NCBI GenBank assembly: GCA_950097015.1
Contig: CATNEN010000003.1
Location: 2,666,001-2,730,000 of the forward strand
Direction: 5' to 3'
Source of the DNA: Macrostomum hystrix
Lineage: Eukaryota > Animalia > Platyhelminthes
Length of the DNA stretch: 64,000 bases
A program made the position numbers and the translations under genes. Shown piece after piece: positions 50,293-61,463 of the stretch. Position 1 is the first letter of the stretch; the number at the start of each line of letters is the position of its first letter. The notes beneath the pieces were generated by a model, which did not search any database, was not told the origin of the DNA, and saw only the letters and a list, made by a program, of their open reading frames with translations.

Positions 50293-51600
50293 CTGCATTA
50301 TTTGGCAGTTTTTTGGTTATCCCCAATGAGCGGAATAATTTAGATGTTTAATCGCTGTCAGGTAGAATTATTTTATATGGACCCTACTAAAAGCAGTATC
50401 GCAAGTAAAATAAACAGGTAAATAATTGTTAAAACATTCTTTTGCAGAATAGGAGTGTCAAATGTTTTTAAAGTGTTAGTTCGCCTTATGCCCAAAATAG
50501 GTAAATCGAAACTAAGGTAAGCAATTAATTCTAGATGACTAATTAAGAATTGCGAAGTTCGAGTCTCAATCAATATATTTCAGCTAGTGAGTGATCTTTT
50601 ATTTGATTAAATTGCGGATGTTACCATTTGTGGCTAGTTAATTTCTCTTATTTGAATTTTTAATTAAATTTCATGCCATGCTGTTTGCAGACCATAATGG
50701 CTTGCGTTGTTTCTGCGGCGTGCAATCCTAACTCATTAGCATGCACTAAGTGAAAACCGACATGCCGCTATAGTGACCGGAAAATAAAGTGAAAGCAAGC
50801 CAGAGAAGCAGAGTTTAAATTCTACTTTTCGAAGGATGCGCTTCGAATTTGGATTTAAGAAACACTTGTCTTATTAAGCTCAAAAAGCCAATAAAGGTAG
50901 ACTGACCGCAAAAAACGACAAACACACTTAGAGCCGTCGTCAAATGATCAACTTATATAAATAATGATGTTGATTTTGTGATTAAACTTCAACTTTAAGA
51001 GCCTGTTTGAATGCAACTTTCAGTGGTGCCACATTAGACACAAAAATAGACGCTAGGGGCTTAATGCTACAACAAACAATTACTAGAAATGTAATATAAA
51101 AGACATTAAATTAAGCGAAACCAGTTTTCAATAGAATTAAATAGCGAATTTTTTCCTAAAGAAAACATTTTTAACGCAATTTCCTAGTGCGTCTGATAAT
51201 TTCACAACTCTATTAACAGTCTTATATTTACCGGTTTCTATTATAGGACTATTATCACTTAATTTTACAGGCCTTTTATAGCTGAAAAGAGCATCGAGAA
51301 ATCCTGTTCCGGTAGTTGACAGTCAGGTAATTTTTCACAGCTAAACTAGTTGGTACACAGTTGCTGGGGAAAAGCGCGGATAGGTTTTTGCTATACGAGA
51401 TCAGGCTCAGACTAGCCTGCAATGTGTGTTCCTTTCACTGTCACAGTCAAAATCTATAACGCTTTATGAATTAAGAGTAAGATAAAGATATATAGAGAGA
51501 ACAAACGCATATTTCAGTTGATAGTAATCGCAAGTGTAATATATAATATTAATTATTAATGTTGGGTAGAATAGGAGTCTGATTTGAATTCAGAGAAGGT

Positions 51601-53412
51601 TCAGTTGTCCTGCTGCTCTCCGTCCTCGCCGCCCTGCTCGGAGGTCCACAGCTGTAAATGTGGGAAAAGGGGTAATTCGTTTGTCATTTCTTGAAATCTT
51701 CTAGAAGAAATGTAACAGAATGCAGTCGGTGACGCGAGCAGGTCTACTCACCGTCAGATTGTCCCTCAGCAACTGCATGATTAGGGTGGAATCCTTGTAG
51801 GACTCCTCGGCTAGGTCGTCCAGGTCGGCAATTGCGTTGTCGAACGCCTGGCAGTGCGGATAAAAAACGATAAATTAGCTACTAGAGAAGGAAAATAAAA
51901 GTACATTAAAGTTCAAGACATCATCCAAATAAAAAACGCTTGCCTTCTTAGCCAGCTGGCAAGCCCTCTCCGGATCGTTCTTGATCTCGTAGAAGAACAC
52001 AGAATAGTTAAGGGCCAGGCCCAGTCGGATGGGATGGGTGGTAGCCAGCTCGGTCTCGGCGTGGTCAGTGGCGGACTTGTAGGCGCCCTCGGAGCTATCG
52101 ACGACATTCTTGCGCTCGTCGCCAGTGGCCACCTCAGCCAGGTATCGGAAATAGTCACCCTTCATCTTGTAGTAGAAAACCTTCGACTCCGAGTTGGGAG
52201 CGTTCTTAATTAGGAAGTCATCCAAAAGGCTCTAAAAATGTTAGTTTTCCAAAGGGCGTAACACAGCAAACGTTATTGTTGTCCAACATGCAGGATAGAA
52301 CATGCACAAAGCTAACATTCAACATTTTCATGCAGTACACTTGATTTCGAATCAATTGCATTTTGGGTGCATTTTGCAGTGCTTGACACTGCTTGATTGA
52401 TTGATGCTAATGATCAAAATGTGGATGACAGTAGGCAAGCAAGCAAGCAATAACTTTTTTATCTAATTTTAATATTCACCCATACCTACAGTACTAGACT
52501 TTAATTTATTAATAAATATAGTTAAGAGCTTCAATAATCAAGGTAGGCTTGGTCATTACATTTTGTAGATAAATGTAGATTTTATTTTACCAAATTGTTT
52601 GATCAGGCCTAGTCTTCTCTTTGTTTAATTTTTTTCCAGAATTATAAATAAATCAGAACTATCTAGACCTTGACATTTTAAGACAGGACTCGAAATGACT
52701 ATAACAAACAACTATAAATACAAAGAGTTAAGTTTGAACAGTCGAAGTTATGATGTGATAGAAAATGTTTATCATATATTATGATTACTATTATAATACT
52801 AATAGTCTAAAATAAAAAACAGAGTAGGCAAAAATATCCAATCTGAATCTTTTTTTTCTTTAATTTTATCTATCTCATTCTTTAAATAATTTACTACTTT
52901 AAAACGTTTCTTTTTAGCCAGGTAAGTAGCCAAAGCCTAGCACATATTTTGACAAAAATCTTATTACATTGATAAAGCTGTTTTCCCTAACGATGTATAA
53001 CAACCAGAATTGCGTACTGGAAGTTGCAATTAAGCAACAGTGGGAGTAAATTTGAATATCAAACGTACAAACTTACCAGGACCTCCTTGCAGATCTTCTG
53101 CAGCTCGCTCTCGATTTTCTGGCGGTACTCCTTCGCCATCGACTGCTTGCGCTCGCTACCCTCAGTCTTACTCTCAATGCTGGAAATCACACGCCACGAG
53201 GACCTCCTGGCACCAACCACGTTCTTGTAGGCAACAGACAGCAGATTTCTCTCCTCGTTACCCAGCTCCTGTCCCTTCTCAGTAACGGCCTTCATGGCGG
53301 TTGCCATATCGTCATAGCGCTCAGCCTGCTCTGCCAGCTTCGCGATATGAACCAGGTCCTCGCGACCAGAGATGTTGGAGGAAGTTAGCCAGCCAGACAT
53401 GGACGACGACAT
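51601..53412 (-). CDS. 14-3-3 (YWHAZ-like): 14-3-3 protein (zeta-like), isoform A = shared exon 1 + proximal cassette A
   Basis: Exons 53412-53077 ([33 protein letters not shown]...ICKEVL), 52231-51944 (GC donor), 51847-51752 ([16 protein letters not shown]) and 51651-51601 ([16 protein letters not shown]). Confidence 0.95.
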
Positions 53413-54892
53413 TTTGACTTAGATTAGTTAGCTACTTTGGGTAGAATACGTTGAAAGATTAGGAGTCAAGCTGAAGTTTTTTAATAGTGACAAGAGTGTT
53501 CAGAGCGAATAGCGTATTTAAGGCAACCTGAGTCACGTTTTGCCTTGAAGTAGGATAAAGTAGATCCTAAAAAATTCAACAGGTTCATTTAAGACTAAAT
53601 TTTATATAGCTAAAGAAGGAAGAGTTATTTTGCCTTCAGGAATAGAGTATTAACTAGTTTCAGTTGCAAAGGATAAAAAATATTCAACTTTTTAAATAAT
53701 ATAATTCAAGGTCGTTATTCTTGCACAAGAGCAAGAAGGTTTCTTTGAGTGTGGCTACAGCTTAAGAGTGTTGACTAAGCTAGTAGATAAAATTCGCATT
53801 TGAAATGCGCATTATCTACTTACAGTAAGGAGCAAAACATTTTATATCGTACATACCTGCAAACTGCAATAATGTACATTTTTTGTACAGTCAATATATG
53901 TACAATTGGGCACGCACAAAATATTTGACGTGTTTCATGATTTTTCTAGATGTCAATATTTATTAATTTTTATGCGATTTGCGAAGCTATACAAAAATGT
54001 ATGCTATAACTAACCACGCCCTTCCAGAACGTGCTGATGGAACACCTACAAGTAAAGTAACATTAGTATATTATGTTTGCGCTTATGTCCGTACATGTAT
54101 ATGTATACTCGCCCCGACGCCCGTACGTACATTTCTCTAGCTACCCTACGATTTCCAGCTATAAAAAATTTTGTACGTCAATACTTGTGATTATTATAGA
54201 TAAATTCTATCTCTTAGTATTACGAAATGTACACTCTTTAGTCTTCTGCTTGACAGGTAATAAGTACTGATGTTGTAGCCTGTTCAAATGTAAAAAGCAG
54301 TGATTTCTGTAGTACATGTGTATAAAATTTAGTAATTTGTAATCTCGCTACTTAGATAGCCAGCAAACAGTTATACATTTATTACGCACCGGAGTGGAGT
54401 ACTTTACTTTTAGCTGAAATTGCGCATTTTAATCTCTTAACAATAAATACACCTTATCAGCTGGTCTCATAGAAATCAAAAGAACTCCAATTTAAGCTTA
54501 TCTACAGAAAAATAGTTAAAATAGACTTTACTGTTTGCTCAGTTCTTGTGTCTCGTGTCTGTTATCAGTCACGCGTTGTTACGCTTTTGTCGGCGCAAAG
54601 GCTTGCTCTTCTTTTCTGAAGGAGGTCAACTTTCAGCCATTCTTTTCGTGGCCTTTCAGTAACACTGTATGTTAGCACACAAGTGAAGCCGAGGCAATTG
54701 GTAATCGCAATTGTGTTGACTTAAATTGCTTGGCTCATTGTGAAAGATCAGACATATTACTATTTTATGGCTTTGGCACTGCATGTACATGATGTACTTC
54801 AAATTGAAGCTTGTCTGTCAAACATACATAGAACAGGTTAGAAACAAAAATGACACCTACACAGCCTAGTTGAGCCAGGTTTAAAGCCAGCC

Positions 54893-54992
54893 GTTGGCTG
54901 CTCAGTCCATGGACTGGAAAGGCAACCATATTCTACCCCAGCTGATGCTGGTACCGTGAACTGATGAACGCTCTAACTACTTGGCTGCTGCC
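54893..54992 (-). mobile_element. Degenerate, deleted SINE family A fragment
   Basis: CAGTCCATGGACTG followed by CCCCAGCTGATGCTGGTAC, the reverse of the copy at 45825-45882. Confidence 0.6.
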
Positions 54993-56774
54993 TACAAGCT
55001 CTCGACAAACTTATGCGTTCAAAACTTTGTACCGTTTGTACCGTGTGCAAACTGTGTATTATGTTACCCTATCCCGCCTGTACGCATTTGAGTACGACAC
55101 TGTTAATAGTGCAATAGGCTAGTTTAAATTCGCGCTAAAATATTCGATGCGTATAGTAATAATAGTGATGTGAGATGGACCAAGCCATTGGAAGGGCCAA
55201 ACTTGGATGGAGCTAATAAAAGCCTTGTTACCTATAGTACAAAGAGTGACCAAGTCATGCTGTGAATGAAGAGAGCAGTGGTCTCATCTCACCAGACCAC
55301 GAAAGATGGTCTAAACCAGTTTTATTCGTTTCTTTGTCAATGAGTCTTTAGTCTTCATTCTCAACTCTACTCCAGATTACCCCCTACTCAGTCATTTATG
55401 CGCCAGTTTATCCACCTGTCGTGCCATCACTCCATTCACAATGAGTCATTACGGTATTTGTTATAATTTCGAGATAACTTCAGGCCCCTATAAAGATGAA
55501 GACAAAAGGTGGCTATAAGCATTTAATATGTTTGCATTGCGCTTCGCATTGCTCGTATACATTGTCTTGAAATATAAGATGATATATAAAATAAGCCGGC
55601 CTATATTAGAAGCGAATTGTTCCATTTCTTAGTTTCTTCTCTTCTCTATACGCCTGTGTTAAAATATTACTGAGCAAATTCTAGATTTCGGTTAAAGAGG
55701 CCTCTTTTAAGTCGCGAGGCCGACAACAAAGTAGAAAGAAAACTATTAGCTATTAGGCGATTCCTGATGGGCGAAGGCACTTTGCCCCACCCCTCGCCAC
55801 AGAACCCTGCCCCGAGCACGAGGCAACAGCGTGACTGGAAAGACTATTAACCTCGGGTTCTAGGGTTCGGAGGGGGATGCATTGGGGGATGAGGATTCGG
55901 GAAATCGGAGAGGATTAGAGTAATATAGTCAGACTTCAGTTGTGTTAGTCACGACCTGAGTATCCGACTAATATAGGGAAATTGGATAATAAGATTCGAG
56001 CATTTGCAATTCGTGACTCCCCCTCGACATCCCGGGTCAGTTTTTTTGCGGGGCAAATTGGAAACCCTCCATGGTTAGGAGATGAACGGATCGTGTCAAT
56101 TATTATTTTCGGTCCAGTCATGGAGCACAAAATATGGAACATTCGCTTTTTGAGCACAATTTTCCATCAAAGAATTCTTTTCCCAAAGACACAGTTGCTA
56201 ATTAATAATTTATTGCCTAATCAGTTTGGAATACCAAATTTCTAATGGCATTAAGAGCGGGGATTCATTGCCAATTAGGACAAGGATTGATGTGAAATGG
56301 TCTTTACATGCATGTAACCTAAGGAAATTCCCAATATCAGATATCATATCGATATAGCGTGGCAGATGAAAGCAAGATGATGTACACGAAATAGTTTCTT
56401 TGATATTGTTTCGTGTGGTGCTGAGTACTCTACTGCAAGTAGGGTTAAAAACATTTTCTTACACCCATACTAAATCAAAAATAAAAAGACGGGTTAGTAA
56501 AATCAAACATTGAACTGATAATTTGCATCTAATATAATTACGAATCTTGTTTTTGTGAAACCTTTCTTTGACTGGCTTAGTCCTTCTCGAAAGTTTACAA
56601 TATATTTTTATATTACAGCATCATATAGGGGATTTTAGCGGCGTTCGTTGGAGCCAGGTCAGATGAATTTAATTGATTTAAACTAAGTTGTCGTCTAGTT
56701 ACTGAATTTTTTTAGTCACAGACGTGTTAGACTGGAGGTTAAACATGTTATGAGTAGCCCAGCATATTCTAGAT

Positions 56775-57500
56775 AAAACCTATTAGACACAGAAAAACCT
56801 GTTAGTCATGGGAAAACTAGTTCGACACGGTAAAACCTGTTACGAGTAGATACGGGAAACCTGTTAGACATAGGATAACCTGTTAGACATAGGAAAACCT
56901 GTTAGACACAAGAAAATTTGTTAGATACTGGAAAACCTGTTAGACACGGTAAAACCTGTTAGACACGGGAAACCTGCTAGACATAGGATAACCTGTGAAA
57001 TACGGGAAAACCTGTTAGACACTGGAGAACCCGTTATACACGGGAAAATCTGTTAGAGATGGTAAAACCTGTTAGACATAAGAAAACCGTTAGACGCGGG
57101 AAAACCAGTTAGACACATTAAATCCTATTAGACACGGTAAAACCTGTTACATTACGGGAAAACCTGTTAGACACGGGTAAACCAGTTAGACACATTAAAT
57201 CCTGTTAGACATGGCAAAACCTGTTAGACACAACAAAAACCTGTTAGATACTGGAAAGCCTGTTAGACATGGGAAAACCTGTTAGACACGGGTAAATCTG
57301 TTAGACACAGTAAATCCCGTTAGACATGGCAAAAACCTGTTAGACACAGGAAAACCTCTTAGATACGGGAAAACCTGTTAGGCACAGGAAAACCTGTTAG
57401 ATACGGAAAAACCTTTTAGAAACAAGAAAAATCTGTCAGTTACAAGAAATCCTGTTAGACACGGTGGAAACTGTTAGATACGGGAAAACATGTTAGATAG
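56775..57500. repeat. Degenerate ~20-bp minisatellite (GGAAAACCTGTTAGACAC..)
   Basis: Old, heterogeneous tandem array. Confidence 0.88.
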
Positions 57501-57982
57501 TGAAATTAATCACTTTTAAATTGTTTTGGAATTAGCGTAATAATTTGATTTGTTTATAGTGTCACCCAACGAACACCACAAAGTAAAACGTAAAAAGTAC
57601 ACTATCTATATATGGTTGTACATAATCGTATTTTCATACACGCTTTGATAGAAAAGTAGAATTTCTTAATGTCAGATCAAAGTTTGATGTTTCACGATGC
57701 TAAGCAAAAATTACCGCTTTTAACTGTTTTTTCGTTAAAAATTGACACAGATAGTGTTTAAAACAATATCTGGCGTTACATCAAATTAGCAAATGAACCA
57801 CTAAAAGTTTTGTGTTCTATATAATCAGCTATTCTTTAGTTATAACGCGTAAAATAACAAAGATTTTATCATAGTTTGTGTGAAGACTTTACATTGTCGA
57901 ATTAAGGTACGAACTATGCTTTTCGGGCGGAAAATTGTGTAGCATCAGAAACATATTTATTAATAAAAATACTTTATGATTA

Positions 57983-59865
57983 ACTGGATGGTGGACATTG
58001 GTTGCAGTTCTGATGGGATTTGATGGTGGACATTGGTTGCAGTTCTGATGGGACTGGATGGTGGACATTGGTTGCAGTTCTGATTGGACTGGATGGTAGA
58101 CATTGGTTGCAGTTCTGATTGGACTGGATGGTGGACATTGGTTGCAGTTCTGATGGGACTGGATGGTGGACAATGGTTGCAGTTCTGATTGGACTGGATG
58201 GTAGACATTGGTTGCAGTTCTGATTGGACTGGATGGTAGACATTGGTTGCAGTTCTGATGGGACTGGATGGTAGACATTGGTTGCAGTTCTGATGGGACT
58301 GGATGGTGGACATTGGTTGCAGTTCTGATTGGACTGGATGGTGGACATTGGTTGCAGTTCTGATGGGACTGGATGGTGGACATTGGTTGCAGTTCTGATT
58401 GGACTGGATGGTAGACATTGGTTGCAGTTCTGATGGGACTGGATGGTGGACATTGGTTGCAGTTCTGATTGGACTGGATGGTGGACATTGGTTGCAGTTC
58501 TGATGGGACTGGATGGTGGACATTGGTTGCAGTTCTGATTGGACTGGATGGTGGACATTGGTTGCAGTTCTGATTGGACTGGATGGTGGACATTGGTTGC
58601 AGTTCTGATGGGACTGGATGGTGGACATTGGTTGCAGTTCTGATGGGACTGGATGGTGGACATTGGTTGCAGTTCTGATTGGACTGGATGGTGGACATTG
58701 GTTGCAGTTCTGATGGGACTGGATGGTGGACATTGGTTGCAGTTCTGATTGGACTGGATGGTAGACATTGGTTGCAGTTCTGATGGGACTGGATGGTGGA
58801 CATTGGTTGCAGTTCTGATTGGACTGGATGGTAGACATTGGTTGCAGTTCTGATTGGACTGGATGGTGGACATTGGTTGCAGTTCTGATGGGACTGGATG
58901 GTGGACATTGGTTGCAGTTCTGATTGGACTGGATGGTAGACATTGGTTGCAGTTCTGATTGGACTGGATGGTAGACATTGGTTGCAGTTCTGATTGGACT
59001 GGATGGTAGACATTGGTTGCAGTTCTGATTGGACTGGATGGTGGACATTGGTTGCAGTTCTGATTGGACTGGATGGTGGACATTGGTTGCAGTTCTGATG
59101 GGACTGGATGGTGGACAATGGTTGCAGTTCTGATTGGACTGGATGGTAGACATTGGTTGCAGTTCTGATTGGACTGGATGGTAGACATTGGTTGCAGTTC
59201 TGATTGGACTGGATGGTAGACATTGGTTGCAGTTCTGATTGGACTGGATGGTGGACATTGGTTGCAGTTCTGATGGGACTGGATGGTAGACATTGGTTGC
59301 AGTTCTGATGGGACTGGATGGTGGACATTGGTTGCAGTTCTGATTGGACTGGATGGTAGACATTGGTTGCAGTTCTGATGGGACTGGATGGTGGACATTG
59401 GTTGCAGTTCTGATTGGACTGGATGGTGGACATTGGTTGCAGTTCTGATGGGACTGGATGGTAGACATTGGTTGCAGTTCTGATGGGACTGGATGGTGGA
59501 CATTGGTTGCAGTTCTGATTGGACTGGATGGTAGACATTGGTTGCAGTTCTGATTGGACTGGATGGTAGACATTGGTTGCAGTTCTGATTGGACTGGATG
59601 GTGGACATTGGTTGCAGTTCTGATGGGACTGGATGGTGGACATTGGTTGCAGTTCTGATTGGACTGGATGGTGGACATTGGTTGCAGTTCTGATTGGACT
59701 GGATGGTAGACATTGGTTGCAGTTCTGATTGGACTGGATGGTGGACATTGGTTGCAGTTCTGATGGGACTGGATGGTAGACATTGGTTGCAGTTCTGATG
59801 GGACTGGATGGTGGACATTGGTTGCAGTTCTGATGGGACTGGATGGTAGACATTGGTTGCAGTTT
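57983..59865. repeat. 35-bp minisatellite (GGACTGGATGGTRGACATTGGTTGCAGTTCTGATK)
   Basis: About 54 copies. The unit is stop-free on the minus strand, which gives three overlapping >600-aa pseudo-ORFs. Confidence 0.97.
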
Positions 59866-60251
59866 CGAATGACCTGATGGTGAGAATAATGAATAAGTCT
59901 CACACAAAACAGCCACATATTTCTGATGCTACACAAAATCTTAGATGCATATAGGTGCAGTGCTAAGACACTGTTACCTGTCAGTAAGGTAAGAAGAATT
60001 TAGCGCAAAGGAAAATACGTTAAACTTTGTTGTGCTGCCAGCTCTGTGTACTGGTACATGATGTACGCATTTAAAAGTGCATAATTCACAGACAAAATAG
60101 TTTGTGGCTAAAAGTGCGCGCCAAAACAACCTTTGTACTTATGTAAGTTTAGTCTAAATCGAGACCGCAAGCCGCTATTTTTTAATGGTGAAAAATGACA
60201 TCTGTGTGAAAATATAGTATCTAAGAAAATAAATTTGTGACGCCGACATCT

Positions 60252-61423
60252 CTAGATGAAGGCGACAGCGGTCGACTGTCCGTTCTCCTTCACCTCGTGC
60301 AGTTGGTGGGTCTGCTGCAGCATCCGCTTGGCTCTCATACCCTTGGAGCGCAGCTGCATCTTCACTCGCTCCTGCGTAATCGAAAGACTCAATTCCTGTA
60401 TTGACTGCTCCAGAATAAACTGCCAGATATTCATAGCCAGTCTGGGTGTTGTGGTATTGTCTACTTCAAACACAATTATTATTCGTTTATATTACACAGT
60501 ATCTGCGTGCGATCTGAATTAGGTTCTACTGTCACCAATGTTGTGCCATTGCCCACAGCTCTCCCAAAAATATTATTTTTCATATTCTAGTGAGAGAAAA
60601 AAGCATGTAATCGCTCGGCTCCCATGCACCACATCGCTTATCCTCTTTTTCTGGCATCTTATATACTATCTTTCTATCCCATTTCCAATGAGACAGACTC
60701 ACCGTGTACTCTTTGTCCTTTTTCTTCATAATTCTTCTGCGTTTGCAAGCCTGTAATTATATGGACAATGACTTAATTTTAATAAAAGCCGAAATTGTAC
60801 TTCAAATTAAGTGTTAACTGAATTGCAACAACTCACCACAGAAAATATCATAATGACGAAGCCGACATTGTAGGCCACATAGCTGAATGCCATGCCAATG
60901 ATAACGTAAGTTTCCAGGTTGTCCCAGACCATGCCAAAGTGTTCCAATATGATTTTATCGATGACCACAATGAGTCCGTGCCACAGGCAGATCAGAGTCA
61001 AGATGAACAAACTGCTGATCACGTATTTGTCCTGTTTTAAATTTAACACCGTTTTTATAAAGCCGGAAGATAAAGTTTTCTTGTAAAGAGTATAGCAACT
61101 TCTAATCATAGAAAGCATACTTAAAGCAAGATAAAAAGCCACTGCCCTGAGGCCCATAGTTAGAATGCAAAAACACAATAGTATTCTCGTTTCGGGAGCG
61201 AAGCGATTTCAGTCAGTTTTAATTTTCTCTTTAAATTTCAATATTTCATTTTTTGTTTTAATGCCTTTGTTTATTTCAAAAATTAATTTTTTTCAAATAT
61301 TTTATTAACCTAAAATTACGCATGCTACTGTTTTCCTATCGCCTTCTCTTTAAAAAATCGATTTGTTTAACCTCAAACATAAAATAAACAAAAAAATCAG
61401 CACCCAATCGGCGTGCGCACCTC

Positions 61424-61463
<40 letters not shown>

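Noticed and set aside
55700-56280. Non-repetitive stretch with short ORFs (similar ones at 32440-32870 and 36540-36730)
   Set aside because: No recognisable protein motif or splice-consistent exon. Possibly decayed transposon sequence, but this cannot be supported by eye.
57889-59936. Three ORFs of 612-675 aa as a Cys-rich repeat protein gene
   Set aside because: They are a by-product of a stop-free 35-bp unit. All frames give the same peptide and there is no supporting exon structure.
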